Source of the DNA: a virus
Taxonomy: Duplodnaviria; Caudoviricetes
Length of the DNA stretch: 42,161 bases
Direction: 5' to 3' (one strand)
Virus record (IMG/VR): IMGVR_UViG_3300014309_000036
Coordinates: 1 to 42,161 of that record
Of the stretch, positions 28,765 through 36,540 are shown in pieces. The notes beneath the pieces are model-generated. The model had not been told where the DNA came from. It did not search any database and worked only from the letters and a program-made list of their open reading frames with translations. Both the position numbers and the translations under genes were made by a program. The stretch's first letter is position 1, and each line of letters opens with the position of its first letter.

Positions 28765-30237
28765 CTAGCGCAAGCGTCGCTTGGCCACGATGCGAGCGCG
28801 AGCCAGCTTCATCTCCATCGCAAACTCAGGGTCTAGCGGTGGTGTGTCTATCATTGGCGCATAGTATGTGTTCATCGCTCGCGATAAGTATAACGCAGCG
28901 TCCGAATAGTGATTGGCGAACCTGTCGTCTTCCTCTGTTCTGTCGTCGCTCCACTGTAATAGCGCCCATTCGTCTAATAGTGGGCGGCATTGGCTAGGTA
29001 TTACCTTGAGCTTGCCGCTCTTCATATCGCCGGCAAAGTACTTCTGAAACGCCAGCTTCTGTTTCTTTTCAGCCGCCATAACAGGCAGCCCATGAAGCTT
29101 CATCTGATTGACGTAGCCAATGCCGAGGCCGCCAGCATCGACAACGACTAGTTCTATATTGTATTCCTTAACAAGCCTTTCAACGTGAGCCTCGACACCA
29201 TTAGGCGTGAGGCCTGTTCTGCCCTCAGCATGCTCTATGTACTGCTCGGGGTGACCGTCACGCATTGCGCCAATAACGAATGTGCTTGGACTCGTGACTC
29301 CCAAATCAACCCCCATCATGCGGCGCCATGCTCCCTCGGGGAGCCTATCAACTGAGTTTATGGCTTGATTATAGGGATATACAAGCGCATCCCCGTCTAA
29401 TATATATAGCCCCTTCCACTCCCTGACATATGTCGGGTGATTATCGTCCCACTTGTTCTCTAGTCTCTTTCTTGCGAGCCACTCTGCAGCCTGAGGGATG
29501 TATGGGTTATCAAGCACCGTCCAGTGATGCTTTGACCACTCGGGGCCTTCATCTTTCGTCCACGACCAGTCACCCGTTGCCGCGCCGTAGAAGTAGCCCG
29601 TGGGCACAGCACCCGGCGTGCCAGTGAGGGCTAGACCGCCGTCCTGGTCCATGAGCGCTGGCTCAAGCGCGTTGTCTATGAGCTCCCGCATATGCGGACC
29701 ATACGCCTGGCCTTCATCGATGGCCGCGTTCGTATATCCGCTTAATAGCTCCCCTCTGACACCACGAAACTTCTCGGTTTGGCTCGCATCCTCGCAACCC
29801 GCGAGCCATATCTGATGTTTATTAGGCAACTGGACCGTGAGTTGCCCGTCGACCTCACGGAACCATAACTTAAGGTCGAACCGCCTATTAATGCCTAATA
29901 GCGTATTCCACAGAATCTTGCGGCAGCTATTGCGCGTTAGGGCTATGTATACGCTCAGCCCTCCGGGCGCTTTCTCGCCTCCCTCAAGTAGCCAGGCCGC
30001 GACCCCTTCCGTCTTCCCGGCGCGCCTCGAAGTGCAAGCAGACTTCTTCTTCGCCGGGTCGTCGACGAACTGCCGCTGCCGAGGGTGCAAGGCCTCGATA
30101 TACGGGCGGCGCAAGCCAAAGGAGCCGGATAGCTCAATGTGTCGGAGTATCTCAGCCGCAAGCTCAGGGTCTTCGCGCTCTATTCGTAACAGGTCCTCAG
30201 GAGTTACCGCCTGAATCATCTCTATTAGTGCGCTCAT
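28765..30237 (-). CDS. terL: Terminase large subunit
   Basis: LHPRQ, SRRAGKT Walker A, AAIDE Walker B, TGTP, DNPYI, GVDLG nuclease motif, HYSDAALY. Confidence 0.93.
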   Translation of the reverse strand: MSALIEMIQAVTPEDLLRIEREDPELAAEILRHIELSGSFGLRRPYIEALHPRQRQFVDDPAKKKSACTSRRAGKTEGVAAWLLEGGEKAPGGLSVYIALTRNSCRKILWNTLLGINRRFDLKLWFREVDGQLTVQLPNKHQIWLAGCEDASQTEKFRGVRGELLSGYTNAAIDEGQAYGPHMRELIDNALEPALMDQDGGLALTGTPGAVPTGYFYGAATGDWSWTKDEGPEWSKHHWTVLDNPYIPQAAEWLARKRLENKWDDNHPTYVREWKGLYILDGDALVYPYNQAINSVDRLPEGAWRRMMGVDLGVTSPSTFVIGAMRDGHPEQYIEHAEGRTGLTPNGVEAHVERLVKEYNIELVVVDAGGLGIGYVNQMKLHGLPVMAAEKKQKLAFQKYFAGDMKSGKLKVIPSQCRPLLDEWALLQWSDDRTEEDDRFANHYSDAALYLSRAMNTYYAPMIDTPPLDPEFAMEMKLARARIVAKRRLR

Positions 30238-30373
30238 CTGACACCAGCCCGACGATGATATATATAAAGAATAGCACCGGCAGAATCATATAGCTCGCCA
30301 TAGCGGCTACTACCCATGCGATTATTAGCAGCGCTAGCCCGAATATATATAGAATGACTTTGATCGTTTGCAT
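30197..30373 (-). CDS. Small very hydrophobic membrane protein (58 aa)
   Basis: Hand translation gives MQTIKVILYIFGLALLIIAWVVAAMASYMILPVLFFIYIIVGLVSDERTNRDDSGGNS; AAGGAG RBS at 30381-30386. Confidence 0.65.
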   Translation of the reverse strand: MQTIKVILYIFGLALLIIAWVVAAMASYMILPVLFFIYIIVGLVSDERTNRDDSGGNS

Positions 30374-30388
30374 TGTGTGTCTCCTTAT

Positions 30389-30415
30389 AAAAAAAGGCGG
30401 CCGAAGCCGCCCTTT
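30389..30415 (-). terminator. Rho-independent terminator
   Basis: GGCGGC-TTCG-GCCGCC followed by T7 on the minus strand. Confidence 0.88.
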
Positions 30416-30447
30416 CGTCGCCAGTGGTTTGGGCGTGGGCTAATAAC

Positions 30448-31077
30448 TCAGCAGGCGAACCAGCGAGTGGCTTTGCGCTCGCCGACCTTGCGGGCCTTCC
30501 CGGCCTCTTTGAGCGCGTTCAGGCAGTTGGTCAGCCTGAACTCTCCGCCGAATGCCGCGCGAACCTCGGGCTCGCTCAGCCCGTGGGGCTGGGCAGCGCT
30601 CACGAGGGCCGTGTGCACCTTCGCTAGAGTCTCATCGGTGACCGCTTCTGTGGGGCTCGGCTTGTAGCCGATCGCCCCATTCTCCCGGGGTTGCGTAGGC
30701 TTCCGAATCTTCGGCTTCGGGAGGCCATGGGGGCCCATGACGGTAGCGGGCGCAGCCCCTGCCCCATTGAGCGCCGCAATGGCTGAGCGAATCCGCGTAG
30801 CTCGTGCCAAGAGCCCGTCATATTCAGAGAGCTTGACTGATATGCCACGTAACTCATCATTCATGAGCCGCAAATATGAGGGCTCTTCCATGGCTTCGGG
30901 TGAGGGCTCATTTGCTCCGGAGCCTTCCTCGATGACTGCGGCGATATCGCCAGCGGCAGTCGGGGGCGGCTGCACGGGGTTGGTGCCAACTAGCTGTCCT
31001 CGGGCTCCCCTGTCGGGGCGTCCAGTAAGTGGGTGCGTGCGAATGACTCTGGTTTCGTTCATCTCAAATCTCCTCAA
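30448..31077 (-). CDS. Putative DNA-binding protein with coiled coil and C-terminal winged helix
   Basis: GLSEPEVRAAFG...LNALKEAGKARKVGERKATRWFA. The start may be the ATG at 31062. Confidence 0.6.
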   Translation of the reverse strand: MRRFEMNETRVIRTHPLTGRPDRGARGQLVGTNPVQPPPTAAGDIAAVIEEGSGANEPSPEAMEEPSYLRLMNDELRGISVKLSEYDGLLARATRIRSAIAALNGAGAAPATVMGPHGLPKPKIRKPTQPRENGAIGYKPSPTEAVTDETLAKVHTALVSAAQPHGLSEPEVRAAFGGEFRLTNCLNALKEAGKARKVGERKATRWFAC

Positions 31078-31417
31078 TTACGGCCATGATCTCATCATGC
31101 CGCACGATTCGGATCAATCCGTCTTCTACGCCGTGGTTCTGGCGTGGCTTGACGCGGTCCAAAGCATAATCCTGCCCAGCGAGGTGGTCAACCAATACTT
31201 TATCACCGGGAGCGACTTCGTTCGGGACGAGCGGGCCATGCCCGTTTCTGAGCCGATATCCGGGCCCGCTGCGAATCACCGTGGCCATGACCACGTCCTT
31301 TTGGCGTCGCTTGCGTGTGCCTGGGAGGATGACTCCGCGCTGAACTCGCTCCCGCACGGGTTCGAGCATCAGCACAACGTTATCATCCACTGGTCTAATG
31401 CTGTTATAATCTCTCAT
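31064..31417 (-). CDS. groES: GroES-like co-chaperonin (Cpn10)
   Basis: IRPVDDNVVL, GVILP mobile loop, VIRSGPG, EVAPGDKVL, IVRHDEIMAVIE. Confidence 0.85.
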   Translation of the reverse strand: MRDYNSIRPVDDNVVLMLEPVRERVQRGVILPGTRKRRQKDVVMATVIRSGPGYRLRNGHGPLVPNEVAPGDKVLVDHLAGQDYALDRVKPRQNHGVEDGLIRIVRHDEIMAVIEEI

Positions 31418-31680
31418 GTGTCCTCTTTTTTATGAGCCCTCTTTCGTTTGAGGGCTAACGGTCGTGGTGTGTCTGGGCTCGTGTCATTGAGCTCGGCGAA
31501 TTCCTCGGGCTCGATATCGAGCTCCCCGACTCCCTCGAATCGTGAGAGGTAGCGGGAGCCATCGGCGCGAGTGATTAGCACGCCATATGGCGTGGCTTCA
31601 ATCGAGCGGACGTCTGCGCCCACCGTGACCTCGGGGTCAAGCGGGTGCGGGACTCGGGGTTTCCAACGATATAGTCTCAT
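31414..31680 (-). CDS. Hypothetical protein
   Basis: Translationally coupled to both neighbours. Confidence 0.6.
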   Translation of the reverse strand: MRLYRWKPRVPHPLDPEVTVGADVRSIEATPYGVLITRADGSRYLSRFEGVGELDIEPEEFAELNDTSPDTPRPLALKRKRAHKKEDT

Positions 31681-31913
31681 ATTAACCCAGCGCCTTCTTC
31701 ATCGCATATCAACGAGTGACTTGCCATGGCCATGGCTCCTATGGCACGAACACGTTCGCCTGCGTTGATCATTACTCGCATAGCAGGGAGTATTAGTATG
31801 GCGTCCCTTAGCTCTTCATCCGGCCTTTCTAGCTCGGCCAGTATGGCCTGCTTTGCCCAAGCGCCATCAGTTTTCGGCGATGTTATTAGTCTCATATAAT
31901 CAGCCATCGCCAT
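31677..31913 (-). CDS. Hypothetical protein
   Basis: Overlaps both neighbours within the operon. Confidence 0.55.
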   Translation of the reverse strand: MAMADYMRLITSPKTDGAWAKQAILAELERPDEELRDAILILPAMRVMINAGERVRAIGAMAMASHSLICDEEGAGLI

Positions 31914-32373
31914 GCTTCTCGATTCCTAGTGCCTGCCGCAATCGAGCGGCAACGGTCGATTCATCACTCTGATCTATAGCGTGCTTAGCTTCAATCTTTT
32001 TTGGCGCCGCAGCACCAGACACGCCGGCCAATATGCTTAGGGCCTTAGTTTTTGAGTCTATAGCTCGCACCTTGACCGCGGCATCGAGAAACTCATTAGA
32101 TGCTATAGCCTCAAGGTCCGCGGCGTTTTGCTGAAGCTGCACCATGATGAGCTCTTGCAGCTCTTCATCCCTCGCGATGTTCCGCCGGAGGGCCCTCGAT
32201 GCCTCCGACACGTCCCGCTTGACGGTCTCCATCGAGATGCCGAAGAGCGCTGCGACTGAGCGTTCAGTGACCCCATTCACGAACTGGCCCTTGGCGTAGA
32301 GCCTCATTATGTAGTCCACGCGCTCCTGGCACTGGCCAGCTGCTGCTCGCGGTTTCCGTCTCTTCTCGGCCAT
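31900..32373 (-). CDS. Terminase small subunit-like HTH protein
   Basis: HTH (ERSVAALFGISMETVKRDV), helical core, and APKKIE tail; upstream of terL. Confidence 0.6.
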   Translation of the reverse strand: MAEKRRKPRAAAGQCQERVDYIMRLYAKGQFVNGVTERSVAALFGISMETVKRDVSEASRALRRNIARDEELQELIMVQLQQNAADLEAIASNEFLDAAVKVRAIDSKTKALSILAGVSGAAAPKKIEAKHAIDQSDESTVAARLRQALGIEKHGDG

Positions 32374-32436
32374 GGATCTATGGCTAGCACGCCACGGCCG
32401 AGGAAACCAGCCCCCTGATTGAATTGTTATATGTGG

Positions 32437-32946
32437 CTATATAACGACAATATGAATACTGTCGACTTTAGCGTTACTCGCCAATAGCCTCAGGCAATCG
32501 CGCACAACAACTATTGGTATTCTCTTGTGCCCGCTTCTCTTGGCCTTAAGCCAAGTGAGCCCCCATTGGCCCATATTCGCATAAAGCACATTGTTATTAT
32601 CATATATCCTAAGATATGTTCCCTCTCTGTTATTGTCGAGTTTAACTTCTATGCGCCATATATCCCCGGGCTCCGGGTAGCGCCTGGGCGCTGGGGTGCG
32701 CCCTCTTTCTCCCTTGCTCGTCTGCTCAGCTACTGTTGCCGCGGCAACACGGGCGAGGAGAGGCCCAATCCGCGTTGGGACGGGAACCACGTCTCCCTCA
32801 CGCTCCCGCTCATGAAACGAAGCCGGTCGAACCAAAAACGTAGGCTGTGCTGGGGCCTGCCTCGACTCGGCCTCTAATTCCGAGATCATTTTCTCTGTGG
32901 CCGCCCTGGCAATAATTTGCCCGACTCGAGTTGGTTTCTCGTTCAT
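32437..32946 (-). CDS. Hypothetical protein
   Basis: 169-aa ORF with AGAGGAG RBS. Confidence 0.6.
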   Translation of the reverse strand: MNEKPTRVGQIIARAATEKMISELEAESRQAPAQPTFLVRPASFHEREREGDVVPVPTRIGPLLARVAAATVAEQTSKGERGRTPAPRRYPEPGDIWRIEVKLDNNREGTYLRIYDNNNVLYANMGQWGLTWLKAKRSGHKRIPIVVVRDCLRLLASNAKVDSIHIVVI

Positions 32947-33185
32947 CTCCTCTTTCTTCCTTCCGGCCGATGTGTGGTTACGAATCGGCCTCTTATTATC
33001 TCTTTGGCCCGGCGTTCAGAATTCTTAAAAATCCCGAATCCGCAGCCAACAACACCGTCCCGCTGCAATCAGCCGACGACAGGGGGTGAGGGCCCTTTAG
33101 GGTCCCACACACTGGAGGAGTCGGCTGAGTTTGCAACGTTACGGTTTTGGTTGGAAAACTGCGGAAAAACCGACGATTTCGCGAT

Positions 33186-33357
33186 TCACAGGTCCGTGAG
33201 CCAGGATTCAGGTTAACGGCCGGCCAAGCATAAAACAAGTGGTTTCATCTCACAGGTCAGCCAGCGCACCTGTGAGTTTGGTCGTCCGACCTCACAGGTG
33301 GGTCAGCCGCTTCCGTGTTTTACTCGACGTTTATGCGAATTCAGGCCTCACAGGTCA
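33186..33357. repeat. Cluster of five (C)TCACAGGT motifs, four direct and one inverted
   Basis: Copies start at 33186, 33249, 33268 (inverted), 33291 and 33347, in a ~600-bp region without a convincing gene. Confidence 0.8.
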
Positions 33358-33559
33358 TGTGGCCGAAAGTGGCTATAATGACGTCATATTATAACCATTG
33401 GCACGGGCCAGCCGGTACATCGCTAAGTATGCGGAACCTGGTTGGGCCGGTATGTCGTTTTGCTCCAAAAGAGTGGCAGGGTGTCCTACCTTTTTTGAGT
33501 ACCAGCGTACTTTTGCAGTTTCGACAGGTAGTCTGCCGTCACTGGAACGTGGTGGAATC

Positions 33560-33919
33560 TCAGGCGCGGAGAGCCTCGAGGGCTGCCGCGCGGGGGAGAG
33601 TGCGGCGAACGTGGCGACGAACCCGGGCGAGCACATCAGCGGCCGACTCGGCGCCGGTGTAGGTGCTGACGACCTCTGCCCAGCTTCGTAGGCTCCGATC
33701 CTTGCGGCTCGAATTGCAGCGGTGACAGCATGTCACCAGGTTCTCTGTGCCATTCTGCCCGCCCTTTGCGCATGGGCGGACATGGTCGAGGGTCAGCCGC
33801 TCCCCATCCTCGACAGCTGATTGGCAGTAAATGCAGGCCATTCCGTCGCGCATGTAGATTGCGAGTCGAGTTGACTTGCGAATCCACTTCGAACCCTGAC
33901 CTGCTTTCCGCGTTGCCAT
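33560..33919 (-). CDS. HNH endonuclease
   Basis: IYMRDGMACIYC...LTLDHVRP..KGG....NLVTCCHRCNSSRKD. Confidence 0.92.
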   Translation of the reverse strand: MATRKAGQGSKWIRKSTRLAIYMRDGMACIYCQSAVEDGERLTLDHVRPCAKGGQNGTENLVTCCHRCNSSRKDRSLRSWAEVVSTYTGAESAADVLARVRRHVRRTLPRAAALEALRA

Positions 33920-33925
33920 GCTCTG

Positions 33926-33954
33926 TTTATACTCTGACCCGTCAGAGTATGCAA
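33926..33954 (-). promoter_or_regulatory. Sigma70-like promoter with palindromic operator (P1)
   Basis: TTGCAT-17-TATAAA; perfect inverted repeat ATACTCTGAC-N2-GTCAGAGTAT at 33929-33950. Confidence 0.75.
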
Positions 33955-33955
33955 T

Positions 33956-33995
33956 AAAAAAGAGCCGGGCCCGGTTAATAGTTCCGAGCCCGGCC
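33956..33995 (-). terminator. Rho-independent terminator
   Basis: GGCCGGGCTCGG-9 nt-CCGGGCCCGGCT followed by CTTTTTT. Confidence 0.75.
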
Positions 33996-34028
33996 GTAAA
34001 CGATTGATATCGTTTGCGTGTTATGGAC

Positions 34029-34063
34029 GCTTCAATGGGGCCCCTCCAGTGGGAGGGGAAGTG
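34029..34063 (-). CRISPR. Solitary CRISPR-like repeat (type I-G/I-U-like); not an array
   Basis: CACTTCCCCTCC-CACT-GGAGGGG-CCCCATTGAAGC has a 7-bp stem and a 12-nt 3' tail ending ATTGAAGC. Only one copy was seen. Confidence 0.65.
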
Positions 34064-34258
34064 TCAGCGGTTCTCTGGGGTCCAGTCGACGACTCCGGAC
34101 CCGCCGCATGCGCTACATTCAATTTCGAAATAAAGATCCGCCTCATCACCGGAGCCGTCTAAACGCATGATACGAAACCCGAGCCCGTCACACTCGTGGC
34201 AGCCGAAGGGCTCGCGCGGCTCGCTCTGCGAAAGAATCGGCAGGTGCATATCCATCAC
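34064..34258 (-). CDS. Small zinc-finger protein (two CxxCxGxG motifs)
   Basis: CHECDGLG ... CSACGGSG. Confidence 0.7.
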   Translation of the reverse strand: MMDMHLPILSQSEPREPFGCHECDGLGFRIMRLDGSGDEADLYFEIECSACGGSGVVDWTPENR

Positions 34259-34668
34259 CCCTGCGGCTCCGGGATGATGACGCTACCGGGTCGCGAGTGG
34301 GCGCGCGCGATCGTGGCTTCACGCTCGGCCAGGCGCGCCGCACGGTCGAGGATGATGTCGCTGACCACCGCGTTCCCTGCCGCGTGCCAATTTCTGGCAT
34401 CGGCCTCGGCCGCCTCCAGCGTCGGGGCGCGAAAGATCTCAGACCGCATCCGGCGGCCGTCAAATCTCGACCCCCATTCCGGATGCAGCTGCTCCCCGCA
34501 ACACATCCTGGACGCTGATCTGTACTGATCCAGTAGCAGTCCATGCCCGTTGATCGGGAGGCTGACGGTGGCAGATACTCCGGGCCAGTCCCTTTCCTCT
34601 GGCCAAACGCTACCATCGGTCGGTGGATCTTGTGGCGGTATGTACGTTATTGAGTCGAGCTTCAGCAT
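34255..34668 (-). CDS. Hypothetical protein
   Basis: GAGGAG RBS before MLKLDS. Confidence 0.65.
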   Translation of the reverse strand: MLKLDSITYIPPQDPPTDGSVWPEERDWPGVSATVSLPINGHGLLLDQYRSASRMCCGEQLHPEWGSRFDGRRMRSEIFRAPTLEAAEADARNWHAAGNAVVSDIILDRAARLAEREATIARAHSRPGSVIIPEPQG

Positions 34669-34700
34669 TTTCTGTCTCCTCATGGGCTCCGGAGCGGAGC

Positions 34701-34750
34701 CCTCTAACGCCGCGAGCCCCGCGGCTCGAAAGCGGCGGGGCGGGAGGGCT
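34701..34750 (-). repeat. Intergenic hairpin repeat, copy A
   Basis: AGCCCTCCC GCCCCGC C GCT TTCG AGC C GCGGGGC TCGCGGC GTTAGAGG. Confidence 0.9.
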
Positions 34751-34758
34751 ACCGGCGG

Positions 34759-34941
34759 CTACATCGCGTAGACCCGTCGTCCCAGGTACATGACGATGCC
34801 CTCTGCCTGTCGGCAGCCTAGGCTCTCGACGATGGCAGCGTCGTAGTCGTACTCCGAGCCATCGTCGCATGGCACATGCCCTCGGCTCTCCGCATCGTAG
34901 AGTGCATAGCCGGTGGGATCGATCGTGTTGGTGTTTTCCAT
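34759..34941 (-). CDS. Small acidic hypothetical protein (60 aa)
   Basis: GAGG RBS; start MENTNTID; first gene after promoter P3. Confidence 0.65.
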   Translation of the reverse strand: MENTNTIDPTGYALYDAESRGHVPCDDGSEYDYDAAIVESLGCRQAEGIVMYLGRRVYAM

Positions 34942-34980
34942 GTTTCCTCTTTCCTGGGGCCGCGCCCCGTTGACTCCATG

Positions 34981-35032
34981 ACCATGGCTCCGGGCTGTCA
35001 GAGAGTCAATACCGAATATGCTTTTTATAAAC
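34981..35032 (-). promoter_or_regulatory. Sigma70-like promoter P3 with operator half-site and AT-rich upstream element
   Basis: TTGACT-17-CATGGT, with CTCTGAC next to the -35; upstream GTTTATAAAAAGC is nearly identical to the element at P2. Confidence 0.6.
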
Positions 35033-35039
35033 TTAGGCC

Positions 35040-35474
35040 TCATGGCCTGCGGCCGCGCCTCATTCTGCGCATTTCATCATCCCACCGGGCCCGTTTCTCC
35101 CTGGCCTCTCTCTCCTCTGGCGTCTCCGGCGGGTCGGGCTCCCTCACCCAATATCTCCATGATCGTGTCAACTCCGTCCATGCCGGGTCATTGAAGAAAT
35201 GCCACAGGGCATCGTCTCCAATTGGGAGCGCGTACGAATATCCACATATTACTATCTTACGCCCTAGGCTTACCCCCTTGACGCTGAATTCATCTCCCAG
35301 ATCTGGGCCGGAGTTGGCAATAGTGGCGAGAGAAACAAGCCAGATCTTGTGGTCTGCATATATAGCAACCGGGCACATGATCGATATGGTGCGATCCGTT
35401 AAGTCGTCTTTCTCTATAATGCCAATAATAACCTCGTCAGTGTTGCGGGCCACCATAAAGGTGCTCTCACTCAT
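35040..35474 (-). CDS. Hypothetical protein
   Basis: ATGA overlap with the upstream stop; start MSESTF. Confidence 0.6.
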   Translation of the reverse strand: MSESTFMVARNTDEVIIGIIEKDDLTDRTISIMCPVAIYADHKIWLVSLATIANSGPDLGDEFSVKGVSLGRKIVICGYSYALPIGDDALWHFFNDPAWTELTRSWRYWVREPDPPETPEEREAREKRARWDDEMRRMRRGRRP

Positions 35475-35689
35475 GTCCGTTTCCCTTTCATACGCCACCC
35501 GCTGGCGCATGCGTCAAGCGCCATATGACGCAGCCAAGTAGCGAGTCCGGGTGAGCCTCCCTCCCCAGTGTATCCAGCGCGGTCAGCGGCACGCCTCAAA
35601 ATGCCGTGGTCGTCCGCTGAAAGGCGGACGGTGAATTTAACCGAGCCGGGCCCGGATAGCTCACCTGAATGATCGGTGCGTCTTGCCAT
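35471..35689 (-). CDS. Ribbon-helix-helix-like DNA-binding protein
   Basis: KFTVRLSADDHGILRRAADRAG...LATWLRHMAL. Confidence 0.65.
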   Translation of the reverse strand: MARRTDHSGELSGPGSVKFTVRLSADDHGILRRAADRAGYTGEGGSPGLATWLRHMALDACASGWRMKGKRT

Positions 35690-36056
35690 AATTAATATTC
35701 CTATAGTTTCTGGCCCAAGCAGGCGCGCCGTCGGCTTCAATAACTAGCCATATACTAGGTGAGTCATATCCGAACGCGGATATTTCTGCAAACTGGAGTC
35801 CTCGCGCGCGGTGCTCAGGAATGCGACGAAAGACCAGAGCGTCGCAATCATATAGCCCGAGTCTCCAACCTTTTCTATGTATTTCTAAGATAGGCACATA
35901 ACTCGTGTCACACGCGACCTGTGCATTAGATGCTATTACTAATTGTATCTCCACGGGGGCCACGTCCAACATAGAATATACCCTCCCATGTATTAGCGGG
36001 CCAACGCGCAGATCTGGCATGCGGTCAAGGCGAAACCTATGAGTCGGCGTTCCCAT
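35661..36056 (-). CDS. Hypothetical protein
   Basis: 131-aa ORF with GGAG/AGGA upstream. Confidence 0.5.
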   Translation of the reverse strand: MGTPTHRFRLDRMPDLRVGPLIHGRVYSMLDVAPVEIQLVIASNAQVACDTSYVPILEIHRKGWRLGLYDCDALVFRRIPEHRARGLQFAEISAFGYDSPSIWLVIEADGAPAWARNYRNINYGKTHRSFR

Positions 36057-36166
36057 CGATCCTATTCTCCATGATTGGTTTCATTGGTTATCCCTAACTG
36101 CCATGCATAAGCAGCACGGCTCTCCGTCTGCCCACACCCGGTCTCCGGGTGCGAATTCTGTAGGCG

Positions 36167-36364
36167 TCATGGCCGCCCCTTGATGTGCCTGCGGAGTAGA
36201 TCCGCAACGGCCTCGCGCTCGTCGAGCGTCAGGCCAGCGCACAGCGCCGAAAAGCGCATGTGCTCCCGTACAGCATCAGCAACCGATCCAGGATCCGCCC
36301 ACATCATGAATGAGCCTGGCGATTGCTCACCGACGTACTTTACCCAAGCCTCGTATGGTGTCAT
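36167..36364 (-). CDS. Small protein, paralog of 36361-36540
   Basis: MTPYEAWVKYVG...LCAGLTLDEREAVADLLRRHI. Confidence 0.75.
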   Translation of the reverse strand: MTPYEAWVKYVGEQSPGSFMMWADPGSVADAVREHMRFSALCAGLTLDEREAVADLLRRHIKGRP

Positions 36365-36540
36365 GGATTGTTGCTTTCCTCGATGTGACGGCGAAGCAAC
36401 TCCGCCAATGCTTCGCGCTCGTCATCGTCCAGCCCGTCGCATAGTGGGCTATTCCAGACGTATTCAGAGATCGAGTCAGCGTCGTACTCACTCGTTGAGT
36501 CGCTTCCGACATAGGTTTCCCACGCCTCGGATGGCGTCAT
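36361..36540 (-). CDS. Small acidic protein, paralog of 36167-36364
   Basis: MTPSEAWETYVG...LCDGLDDDEREALAELLRRHI; ATGA overlaps at both ends. Confidence 0.75.
   Translation of the reverse strand: MTPSEAWETYVGSDSTSEYDADSISEYVWNSPLCDGLDDDEREALAELLRRHIEESNNP

Noticed and set aside
32996-33691. Short ORFs in the gap next to the HNH gene, and a TIGR-like array reading of the TCACAGGT boxes
   Set aside because: The ORFs have no clear RBS or motifs. Box spacing is irregular, one copy is inverted, and the HNH protein has no evident Nop domain.
33996-34063. A true CRISPR array
   Set aside because: Only one repeat copy is visible and there is no cas operon, so it is reported as a solitary unit.
33962-35655. 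13-bp match gagccgggcccgg between the terminator (33962) and the RHH gene (35643)
   Set aside because: Several 13-mer repeats are expected by chance in a GC-rich 42-kb sequence.
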